From Saccostrea cucullata (lineage: Eukaryota), in contig NW_026930000.1 of the NCBI RefSeq assembly GCF_032062105.1, positions 1 through 64,000 of the forward strand: a stretch of 64,000 nt of DNA, in the 5' to 3' direction. Under the pieces are notes generated by a model. The model made no database searches, was not told the DNA's origin, and saw only the letters and a program-made list of their open reading frames with translations. Shown here one piece after another: positions 24,546 to 37,476 of the stretch. The first letter of the stretch is position 1; every line of letters starts with the position of its first letter. The position numbers were made by a program, and so were the translations under genes.

Positions 24546-26437
24546 GAATAAAGAATTATGAATATATGATATAATTTGTCGACACGTCCAGGTGTGTTAT
24601 AGGACCGAAGACATCCAATGCTTACATTTACATTCTCTAATTTTCCCTGTAATAATTGTTTATTTCCCTATACAGGATTTGTCGTAAAAAGTTACTGCGT
24701 TCCGATTAGCAAGCAAAAAATATCTTCAGCAGTATGCAGCAAAAAGTGAAATACATATTAAAGTTTGTTTAGTGTATTTAAATGTTTAAAATGTTATTAA
24801 AGACGAAAAAGTGGTTACTGCATTGTTGGGAGGAAGGTGTAGCTGAAATATTAATAATGGTTAGAGTGACTTGTGCATTCTACTCTTCCTCTCTTTGTTA
24901 TATTCCTCCTTTCTTTTGGGAGAATACATTCTGTTCATTTGAGCAAACCTAGACTTGTGATTTGGTAGAAGTAGCTTGAGTAGTTCTAGTGAAATCGAAC
25001 ATATCCCAAAAATATTATACATAAAAACCACAAAAATAAAACGTATTTCAAAGAGCGCACCGAGTCAGTTTAATAAAATGACTGAATTGAATTGTGGTTC
25101 ACATGGAAAATTTTATAGAAAGAAACAAAATAATGATACATCTTTGATGAAACACACAGGATTTGCAATGAACACGGCAATTTAACAGCATCAATAATTA
25201 CAACTGTACATTTATATAGGGTTATACTGTTGACTGGAATTCGGTAAACCCGATTTACCGGATTAATCCCACGGGAAAATCTGACAAGTAATATGAACAT
25301 AGCCATTTTCGCAATAATCCATTAATAATTTTGTCATGGAAAAAAATAAATTGGTCTTATTTTCAATGTCTACAATAGTTTTGTAATAATCTTTGTGCAT
25401 GGGAGTGATTAAACTTAGACGTTCATGAATGAGTAATTCTATCCATGTCAGTAAACATTTGGCATATCTAAAAAAAATATTTTAAATAAAAATTTGGATT
25501 AATGCTATTTAACAATTGTCATCTTTACAATAACTCGCATTATAATTGACAAAATCAGCAGCCAAGGTTAAAAGATCAGACGTGTGGTTGCATTCTGTCT
25601 CATTGAGACAGCATTTTTTTTTTCAATGATTTTGAAAATTGTGACTCATCAGTTGCCCCTTTTAAATAAACACATCAGAAATGGGACTTGAGCTATGCAC
25701 CAAATTGACACCAATTCTAATCTCACTTTTTAATAAAAAAGTACTTTTTACAAAATACCGACGTTGTCTGCAAGATGAACAGGGGTAAAGATTTTTAAAA
25801 TGATATGATCAATTTGTTTTTCAATATTTGACTATCATAACCTCATTCTGCAGGTATTAACAACGAACAAACGGAACTTACATTGCACATACCAAAAGAA
25901 AAGTGCTCACTGTCTTTTAACACAGTTTACAAGATTAAAACAAGTAATTTTGTGGAGGGGGAATTGTCCATTTTCCCCTAGAATAATCTTATGCTGTTAT
26001 CTTCAAATGGTAATCCCCCCAGCTCTTCTTTAGTTGAAACATTAATGTATCCAACAAAGGAGGGTTGTACCCCTTGTCTGGAATTTTTTTACCGCTTGCA
26101 GATTCTTTTTTTCTTTTTTAAACATTTAAAAAATCCTTAGATTTTTTGGACTACAGTCATAAAAAATCGCTACATGTATACATAAAGTTTGGTTGAAACT
26201 GATTTAGCACTTTAGAGAAAGGGTGCAAGGTGCACTGTACTCTGAAATATGTAGAGAATGCATGAGGCAAAAACCTCATTACAACAGATTAGAACAGATA
26301 AAAGTAAACTATGCAATTGACTCTGATTACCCACCTCCCCCCCCCCCCCCCAAAAAAAAAGAGAAGAAAAACATACTAATAAATACAAAGAAAATTTTAT
26401 TTATTTCATTTAAAAAATCTATCATGTGAGTTTGAAT

Positions 26438-29083
26438 TCAGGAAATTTTCTTTGAGCCATCTTTATGGTCAAATAATTCATTGTAATGTTTAACACCTTC
26501 ATTTGACTTATCCCCAAAATATCTGTACTCCTTGCCATCTTGGTTCAGTTTGTACACGGGATCCACCGTGAAGAACTCCTCATTCAAACTCAAGTCTTGC
26601 TTGATCTTCTCTGTATGTTTTCTGATAATTTTCCAATCCATGTCCCACACAGTTTCTGTCTTGGATCCCACTGGCAATAAATGTTGTTCCTCTTTTGGCG
26701 TGATGTCTTTCACCAGAATGAATTCTCCATTGTCATTAAGGTGGCAGTGTGAGAAGTCTGCCTCACTTTCGGGATATCCATATGGAAATGTGATGGGCGT
26801 GATGGTAACCAGATGTTTCACGAGCATTAGCATACTGTTTATTTTAGGCGTGTTCTTCACAATAACTGAACTTGGTGCATCCTTTGAACCTGGCTGTAAA
26901 TATATGTAAAGCGAATGTGAAACATTTTTAAATACCAGGAACTCTGAGCATCGATATTGAAAAGATTCATTCCTTGGCTTCTAATCTACACATTTATTAT
27001 ATTTCATAAAATTATTTTTTTAAAAATTTATCATCATATATGTTATTCATGTTTATAGTGACAAATTGATCAACTTAAAAATTACTATTTTATAATTAAA
27101 AGTGCTTAACAAACTTAACCTTTGCTGTAAATCCAATTTTCTCCATACAAGTTTTTTCTTTCTGTGGCCGTCCATATAACGATTTGATTCTTTTAACCAG
27201 ATGAAGTGGTGAGGGTTCAGGCTGCTCCTTCAATACATTTTTCTGGTAATTCAACAATTCTGCTGCCCATGACATGTCATTTTTCTTCTGTCTGTTTCTT
27301 TTCAATGCAGTTCTGTTCACGTATTTGTTACGAACACATAACTTTTGAGGCGTACACCTGTTAAATAACTGACTTGACACCTACAAAATCAAATAAAAAT
27401 AGTTTACACATTCAGTGTGCACTGCCATCCACAAGCCTTTAGATCACTTTTAAAAAGTTTGAGGTGTTGAAAAAAAAAAATAAAGGTATCATCCCATTTT
27501 TAAAAAACATCTTTTGATGATAAAACCACTGATTAGCAAAAATTCACCATCATTAAGATGACATAATTTTCATACAATTCTCTAGACAGACAAAGGTGGA
27601 AATTAAAAAATTTCCACAATAACTGTAACACTTCCAAAAAAAAATAAAAATAAATAAATAAATAAAATAAATAAAGGTCAGTGAATATTATCCTTCAAAA
27701 CATTTTATATTTATTTGAGTCTCTGATAAAGAGTTAATATCTAAAGCTGAACATTGGTATCTAGAACCATCCATTATTTTTTGTATATTATGGAAAAGAG
27801 GTTTTGAAGCCCCTTTACTTTTTCTTTATGTATTTTTGGTCTCATGAAGTTTGAGATAACAAGGTTTGACTGTCAATACATTACAAAGTATACAGGCAGC
27901 ACACTTAACAGACATGACAACTAATGAACATACAATTCAAATGTATTATTCTTACACAGGCCTGAGGCCTATCTAAAGAAACATTCATTTTTTTATTAGA
28001 AAAAAATCGCATGCTTCAGTAATCCTCAAAGATATCAACCAGAGGCCTATGGACCACAACACTCACCAGAATCACCTTAAAATTACCTTTGTCAAAAGAT
28101 TTTTTAAAAGTTATTACATCATCATAATATTTCAATAATTTCATTGAAAATTCACCCTATATTGGACCAAAAGAGTGTCCTACCAGGTTATGACAAAGGG
28201 TAGCTTCCACAAGTTTATTTATTCTATTCCCTTGAATGAGGACACCATCCTGAGTAAGATTTAACTTGAACTTAGAAAAGGTCAAATGGGGTAATTTGGC
28301 TGTCAAGTCCATTTCTTAAATCAATTTTAAGGGTACATGACTCTCAATACTATTTAACGAAGGATCAGTGTTTCCAAAGAAGGCCCGAAGTAATTATTTT
28401 TATTTTATTATACTTTCATCTTAAATACTAAAATCTGATTGGTTTAGACGCAGTTAACAATCCGTTCTATTATTCTCAGCCTTAGCAACACACGTGACAA
28501 CGGGTAACACAACGGTAATGTTACATGCGTGGAAATTATGCGCGTACGGTTCACCGTAGAATTCTCAAAACGTCAGTTGTGCGTTTGAAAGAACCGGAAT
28601 AAACTTGACGTCGATGAACATGTAATGTATCTTACTTGAAAACAACAAACGACAGACATCAACATGCTTGCGAGTGCAGACTTGAACTTGTTTATAGCAA
28701 GTTTTGAAAGCTTTTTAAACGTAAATGAAATCTCTTATTCTGTCAGAGAGAAATTGGAAAATATTAAAGATTTAGACAAACGTTTTGATTAAATAAACAG
28801 AGAGAAATTGGAAAATATTAAAGATTTAGACAAACGGATAAACGCCGAGAAAAATATGATCAGAAGCCTTTAGTCCAGGTAAGCTAGAATGGGAAACATC
28901 ATTGGAAAGTTGGAAACAATTAGGCCTATTCCCCACCCCAAACCTAAAATATAACTGTTCTGCATAGCAAATTGGGCATTTTAAAACAAATGTTCATTTT
29001 GATTAAATTAAAAATACGTCGATTACTATTACAAAACTGCATTTTAAAATAATAACCTTTTGTAGCTGCATGAACAGCGCCAT
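26438..29083 (-). CDS. MRPL30: Mitochondrial ribosomal protein uL30m, about 247 aa
   Basis: Exons 29083-29057, 27380-27120, 26893-26438 (all phase 0, GT-AG). LHLVKRIKSLYGRP..EK..M..IG and VIVKNTPKINSMLMLVKHLVTITPITFPYGYP match the MRPL30 core; basic N-terminal presequence. Confidence 0.88.
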
Positions 29084-29455
29084 GATAAACGTGTAGTAGC
29101 TGAACAAATTAGTAATTCTCCGGATTAATTTTTTTAGTTGATTTCATAAAATTATATACAATATAACCAAAATATGTAAAACATTAGGCATATATATGAA
29201 GAAATAAATAAGCACCAAATAAGCATTACTAAATAGAAAATAATTTGATACAACAAATCGTTTATGATTTCTTCTAGATTTTCCCGGAATATTTTTTTTT
29301 TCACAAAGAGTTCTTCATTTAACATTTTTCAAGATTGAGTCTTACAAATGTTTTACACAAAGAAGTTCGCCATGAGGAATTTAAGTTCTTCAAAAACAAC
29401 GAGCAAATAAATTTCAGAAACATGTGTGATTTTTTTTAACACACCATTTATCAAA
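29084..29455. promoter_or_regulatory. Putative bidirectional promoter MRPL30/UTP18
   Basis: Divergent start codons 372 bp apart; TTCCCGGAA (ETS/STAT-like) at about 29281. Confidence 0.6.
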
Positions 29456-32400
29456 ATGTTGCGAAGAAAAAGGAAGACGACAGTTCCCCATTCTTCGGAA
29501 GCACGCGTCACACAAGTTTCAGAGACTAATATCCCGTTAGGTAGCAAAAAGAAAGACAAACACGCAGAGGAAGCTCATTTGGAGAAACTTGTCCTCGGTG
29601 GAGATACAGATGTGATACAAACTTTACAAGAAATTTCCAGACAGGTTGTATATTATTGTATTCTTTTCATTCTTAGCAAAGGCAAACTGAAGACATAGAT
29701 CATATATCATGAATAGGGCTGCAAAGTTGTTCAATAATTATTAAGTCCAATTCAATTTAACTATTCTTGTTTATATACTTTAAAAATACTAAGTAAATGT
29801 TTGAAAAAAAGGTAACATTTGATGGTTGTTAATCTGAAATATCTTTGACATAATATGTTGAAAGTGCGACCATTGGGGCAAGTGCAGATACTTATTCAGT
29901 TTTAATTTAGAACGGGCTCATCAAACTGCACATGAATTTAATTTAAGAGCCTGTAGACTCTGAATGACTCCAAATGGCATCGAATCCGGGATGTTTCGCT
30001 CCAATTCTGTTTCGCACTAAGATGGTTCGCGCCGGGATGATTCGCGTCGATTTCGGCGCGAAACATCTCCCCTCTTTTTTTTAATATTTCATTTATTTTG
30101 CAATAATTCAAGATCAGTTATTAAATCTTAGATAAAAATATGTGTTGTATGCTCAAAATCATGACTTTTAATAATACGCGGTGCCACAGGTAACGGATCG
30201 TAAATGTTAATATGGTGCCCGTTTGCTCAGCGTTTGTGTTCAACAATTTAATTGTAATTAGTTGGAGATCAAAAGGTGAGAATTATTTCATTATAGCAAT
30301 TATAAAGTTGTACAGCAATTATCTGTGTGAACTTGAAAACATATAATTTGTGTTATTGAAAACATGTGTATAGAATAACCCACCAGGAAGTTTGATTGTC
30401 AAATTTAATGTTCATTAATATTCTACAAAATTTCGATACTTACATCAATATTTACAGATATTATAATATAATTCTTTTTTTTGCAAAACGAACGAAATAA
30501 ATAGCATACATTTTATGTTCTGGGAGCGAAACATTGCGGGGCGAACCATCTCAGCTCGAAACAGAATGGGCACGAAACATCGCGGTGCGAACCATGCATC
30601 GGCGCGAAACATCCCGTTACCATGGCATCATATTTAAGTTGCATTCCCATACCGAAGCCTGAAATGTGCTGAAGAAACTTTAATTTATCAGATTATCTGC
30701 TATATATCCATTAAATCTAAGCGAGTTTACACGAAAAAGTAGCTTACAGAAGCAATACATTGTGGGTCCAGAAGTAACTGCAGAAAAAAATTTGTTTGGA
30801 TCAATGTGTAAGTCCTAATTTTCTCTTCACCCAGGCATTGTTATTAGAGCTCGCTGCACTCACTTTTAGCAAGGTTTTCCAAAAAATTGAAATATAACAG
30901 GGGACATTAAAATTAATGTTAATATATCATCTGTGGAAGGGATGCATTATGTTATGGCTTTAAAATCTGTCTGTCAGATAACGGACAAGAGAAAAACTAA
31001 CGGACAGACTTGAATGAATTGAATGGCAATTTGTTTTCAATACATTTCCTTCTTAATATACAATGTTGTCTTTAAATGCATTTTTTACAATTGATTTTCT
31101 TGTATCATATAAAAAGTCATAAAAAGTGCATATATCAGCAATGCCATATGAGCATATGATATGACACTCCCAATCAACTGAAAACTGTTATCCTCTGAGT
31201 TTGTGTATGAATTGTTTTTATCTAATACATGTATATACTTTGATACATGTAGGCAGAATATGAAACAGAAGTTAAAAAGAAAAAAAAATTCTCAAAGCAA
31301 AAGAAAGCCCCAGTTTGGCAGGATGATGATGACAGGGGAAGGTAATGCATCCTCAGCATTTATATTTATGAAGTCTACATACTTTTATATGTGTATAATG
31401 TGTTTGTGAGAAGATTCTTTGATTTTTTTCTGAGATAGAAATACTAAATACAGGGAAATTTTTGCCCCCATTTTACACTCGCCCCTTTCACCCTACCCTC
31501 ATTTGGGGGAATTTAAAATGGGGCGAATTTAAAGAATACAGTACAATTTCTTAAACAGAACTTTGACTGGATGAATTTTAGATGGGGCAAAATTGTTTGC
31601 AAGTGTAAAAGAGTGAAAATAAAGTGGGACAGAATAACCCTGTATACAGTATATACCGGTAAATAGGAAAAGTATGCACCAAATGCGTTTTTTTTTCAAA
31701 ATATATTGAATTTAGTGTCCAGATAACAAAAGAAAGAAGATATGATGCAATTAGAAGAGGAGATGAAAGAAAAATAAAAACAGATGAATACACCTCTCAA
31801 CTACAGGCAGAGTAAGTACATTGCCAAACTGAAGACAATCACAGAGTACCTCTAAACTAAAGAATGTTTAAGTACAGCACACTGTCACACTCAAGTCGAT
31901 AACAGTACATCTAAATCTGAGTAAATACACTGCAAATTGTCTTATGCAGAGATTACAGTACAGTCCTTTCAAAGGTACATAGGACCAAAGGTATACATAT
32001 GTAGTAAGTATGTTACTACAGGACTAATATACCAGATATTTCACTAAGGCCAGTAAATACATTAGCAAACTCACATCCAGGGCAGTATAAGGGTATCTCA
32101 ATTCAAGTTGCATGTACACTGTACAATGCCAAATTGAAAAGCAGTAAAAGCCAAATAATACATTAGTATACCTGAATATGAATACTTGTACCTCTCAAAT
32201 TAAAATGACTTTAAAAATTGTTTTCTTGTGTTTTATATTTGATAATGTTTATATTTTGATGCAGATTTGAGAAAATCTCCTCTGTTCCTAACTGGGCAAA
32301 GTTGCAATCTGAGAAAACACATGAATCTGATGGTAAGTCTAATAATGAGAAAAATATGTATCCATGTAAATACATGTATATTTCAATTATCATCTTCATT

Positions 32401-35400
32401 CTCATGCATGGAATACATGTTCATGTATGTTACGAATCTTTTTACATACCCGGTAAGCACAAAACCAAAACGCTATGTTTTTTATATAGAGAATATTATT
32501 TTAAAAATAAGATTTTTTTTTTCCAGAGGACAGTGATGTAGATGATTTACTTCAGAAGACTGGAAATTATTTAATAACTTCCTCCTCATTACCTAAGGGA
32601 TTAATTGACCTTAAACAGTGTACCGACGCAAACAAAGAACAACCATCAGAGGTAAATTATCAGGGGTAATGAATTTTCAATGCTCTCAGAGGTAAATTTT
32701 CAGGACATTCAAATAAATGTGTAATGCTATTATGGGTAATGTTTCAGGGGAAATAAATTAATTACAAGGGTTGTCCCGTAAAATCGTGCTGTAAAAAATA
32801 GACATCACTGCGTTCTGAAATTTTCACTATTATTTAGTACACATTTTAGTAATATACACAGCAAATTTCAGATAAATATATGCATAAATGAACAAAGTAT
32901 GTTATTTTATGTCAAACCTTACGGCGCATGGATTATAACTAAAACATGTCGAAGAACCAATTGGCAAGCTCTGACAATATTCTCACCATCATAAAGTTTC
33001 TGTGACAGGGAAGTAACTCCTATTTTCAATGGTGCTGTGGTCATTTCAAGTCTCTAAAGTTGTATATTCATTTTTCGTGTGTTGTGTTTACCACTTTCCC
33101 ATTTCGAATGCTTGAGAAACTGCCAAAAATTAACCAAATGCCTTAAAATTTTTACAAAGACTACAAAATTAAATGTGTTATGCTCTTTTATTTTGAATTC
33201 AAAATTTAATAAAACCTTGGTTTTTTGTCCTTGCGAGGACAATACCCCGGCACATTTAAGCATAATAAAATCTTTATTTCTGCCTATATTTTATAAAAAA
33301 AATTAATGCACAAATGTGTAATAAACATTCACTCAGTGCGCCCATTACTTTTCGAGAAAAACGGTCCACGATTTGTCGTAGAAGTAAATTTTTAGGGGGT
33401 AAAGCTCTGATATAAAGAAACAAATGTGTAAATAAATGTGTTATCACAGAGGTAATGTGTCAGGGGAAATAAATGTGTAATACTCTCAGGGTAATGTGTC
33501 AGGGGAAATAAGTGTGTTATGTACTCAGATATAATGTGTAAGGGGAAATAAATATGTATTGTACTTAGAAGTAATGTGTCAGGAGAAATAAATGTGTAAT
33601 GCACTTAAAAGTAATGTTCCAGGGGATATGAATGTGTAATGCTCTCAGAAGTAATGTTTCAGGGTAAACATATGTGTAATGCTCTCAGAGGTTTTAAAAT
33701 GAGTCAGGGGAAATAAATGTGTAATGCTCTCAGAGGGAATGTGTCAGGGAAATAAATATTTGATGCTCTCAGAAGTAATGTGTCAGGGGAAATAAATGTG
33801 TAATGCTCTCAGAAGTAATGTGTCAGGGGAAATAAAAGTGTAATGCTCTCAGAAGTAATGTGTCAGGGTAAATAAATGTGTAAGGCTCTCAGAAGTAATG
33901 TGTCAGGGGAAATAAATGTGTAATGCTCTCAGAGGTAATGTGTCAGGGGAAATAAATGTGTAATGCTCTCAGAAGTAATGTGTTGGGGGAAATAAATGTG
34001 TAATGCTCTCAGAGGTAATGTGTCAGGGGAAATAGGTGTATTGCACCTATATTAAGGGAGGTTACAATAAATAAGTAAATGTTTACATTTATCCTTTAAA
34101 CTTATTTGTTGCAATAAAAAATTCCTCTGACTAGAAAGGTCTCAATACCTTACAGAAAAGATGTTTTAAATTTTACAACTCAATAAGGTGAAAGAATAAT
34201 GATGACAATTACGGGGAACTATAATATGCAAAAAAGAAATAAAATGTTGAATGTCTTCATCTACTTTTCTTTTATCACAGGGCAAGTTGACTTCAGTAGA
34301 GTTTCACCCAACAGCCCAGGTTGTACTAACTGCAGGGATGAACTACACCTTAAGCCTATTCCAGGTAAAAATGAAATCAGTCAAACCTCATTATCTTAAA
34401 CTCAATGGAATCAAGAAAAACTTTTTCAGATATCCAAAGATTCAAATTATTGAGGGTATATTAGTTTGGAACTCCAACTGAGTTTAACCTATCTATAGTA
34501 TTCAAGATGTCAAAGTTCAACTGTAAATAAAAAAATAAGATCAATTACTTGTGCATTGTTCAGTATGAACATTTTAGCTTAAGTCCTACATGTATGTGGT
34601 TGTAGGTGGATGGTAAACATAATCCAAAGATCCAAAGTGTATTTATTGATGGATTTCCGATCCACACGGCACATTTCAGCATGGACGGCCATGAGGTTAT
34701 AATGGGGTCCAGATACAAAAACTTCAGATACTACGATATGATGGCAGGAAAAATTATCAATGTTCCCAAAGTTAAAGGTAATGTATCCTTCATATTTGCT
34801 TACGGTCATCATTTATTATTCTTGGTGCATACATTTCTAATAGCAATATCTTAAAACTGAGATGTCCTAGAAAATAAAACTAAAAGATATCTGAGGTTTC
34901 CAGGATAAAATACTTGAATAATAAAATTGGTTGGGATTTTCAAATTACTTTGAAATATCCATGGTATTCTAAGCATTGCTGTTTGAGATATACAAAGTTC
35001 AACTGTACTCAAAAAAAAAAAAAAAGAAGGAGAAAAAAGCTTAGATTTCATGTCATGTACAGTGGACCTTCAGATATCCAGACGCCAGATATCCGGATGC
35101 TTCAGTATCCGGACAACTTTTTATCGGAACAGAATTTTTAAATGTAGTGTTGTTTTGTTTAACTGTTAATTCAGGTATCCAGACGATATCCAGACAAATT
35201 GACTGGGAACCAAAGTGTCCTGATAAATGAGGCTCCACTGTATGATATTAATTAACTGGGAATGGGGATTGTAGTATTATAATTATGTGTCACAAATGTT
35301 GCATTTCACACTATAAGATTAAAATGATTTTTGTTTATGTGTTTTTCACATGGAATACATTTATGCTCAAACTCAGGTTTAGAGGAAAAAATGATGAAGA

Positions 35401-37299
35401 AATTTAAAGTATCACCAGATGGCAAATTTCTAGTGTTTCTCGGGAAAACTGGAGGAATGCATCTTCTGTCTGCAAAAGTAGGTGTAAATGAATGTAAAGA
35501 GAAAAATAGTGAAACTGAAATTAATATGGAATAGTTTAGTATGCAAAAAAAATTCTATTTAGGATGAAGAAGTAAACAATCATCAATTTATTATCTCTTA
35601 ATTACATGTATTGCATGTTCACATGATTTATTTAACTTCCATCTTGAAACTTGATCCCAACATTATTTTTAGTCAAAAGAATGGATTCACACACTGCAAA
35701 TGAATGGGGAAGTAAAAGATGTGACTTTTTCCAAGGATGGGCATCTGATGTATTCACATGGAGGTCAGTTTTCTGTATTTCATGATGACCGCATAAATTT
35801 GGTCTTCTTCTCAATTTATCTAGTATGTTGCTTTATATATATTTAAGTAAACAAAATAATAATTAAAAAAAAATGATTAAATGGTATATTTAATACCAAA
35901 TAATGTCTTTGGATTAAATGTTATTTTACTGTTTGTTTGTTTGTTGTTTTTTTTTACCTCTGTAATTTTAAAAATCTGTGAAAAGGTAAATAAAATTTTG
36001 AAATACTCTCCAAACAAATGTCTCGTTTAGCTATATAAAGATTTTAAGAAAAGAATCTCTGTGCATTAAGTTATGGGCTATTCTTTACAACAAAGAAATC
36101 ACTATAACAGTAAACATTTTATTTCAGTTGAAGGTGATGTTTATGTGTGGGACCTTGACAGGCGGGACTGTATACATCGTTTCTATGACGATGGCTGTAC
36201 AAAGGGAACATCCATTGCTCTTTCTCCAAATGGACAGTACCTGGCTTGTGGGTATGTCTGAAATGATTTTTTTTTCAAATAAGTGATTTTGAATAATTCC
36301 AAAGAAGAAAGTTCTACTGTATTTATGATAGAAAAAGAAGCATGGTTTTCAGAATTGATAGGATTTTATTATACTACTATTTTGGTTATATTTGGTAGTA
36401 CTTGTCTATTTCTGAATTACCTTTGCTCAAATACTGTTAAATCATTAATTTTCGTGGGGTTAAATTTTCGCTGTTTTCGAGGTATGTAGATACCCACAAT
36501 TTATGACCACCACGAAATGTGAAATTTTATATGCATTACTACTAAACATTTTCCAACCACGAATTCAAATCCACAAAAACCAATATTTTTTCCTCAAACC
36601 TTGAAAATTTGACCCCATGAAAATATGTGATTTTACAGTATCCAAAACTCACAAGGGTATTAAAATTATAAAAAGGACAAGAAAAAAAGCAAGAAAAATG
36701 TTCCATTATTCACTGTTTTCTCTCAACTAGGTCATACAGTGGTGTTGTCAATATCTATGACTCACAGGCCATACTGAGTTCAAGGTCACCGACTCCGGTC
36801 AAGGCCATCATGAACCTCACTACCCCATGTACAAAAGCAGTGTTCAACTCGACATCAGAAATCTTAGCTTTGTCATCTAATTATGCAGAAAAAGCTGTTA
36901 AACTTGTGAGTTTTTTTTTCTATGTAAAACCTTTTCCCATTTTGTTGCATATGAAAATGGTCACTTGTGCCAAAGATTATCTTGTGATTTTTGCATTTTT
37001 CCATTGAAGCTAATGCACTATATACTACATGTATGTACTACATTTTATGTGTAGCAAGTATTAAGCAGATTGGTAGAATCTTTGCCCATGGATGTACTTT
37101 TTTGAAGAAATGAGAAATTTCGGAAGATACTACATTTATACAGGGTTTATTGGAAACAAGTTTGCCCAGTTTTAAAGAAGGTGGGCGCATTTGGCGTGTG
37201 ATCTGCAGGAATCATTTGTACGAAACTTTTATGGTTTAAATGTCTATTATTTGGTTGGCTGAACATAGCTGGTCAGATTTTACAAACACATCCATAGGG

Positions 37300-37361
<62 letters not shown>

Positions 37362-37389
37362 TGTCATCGTTGTCGTCGTCGTTGTCGTT

Positions 37390-37476
<87 letters not shown>

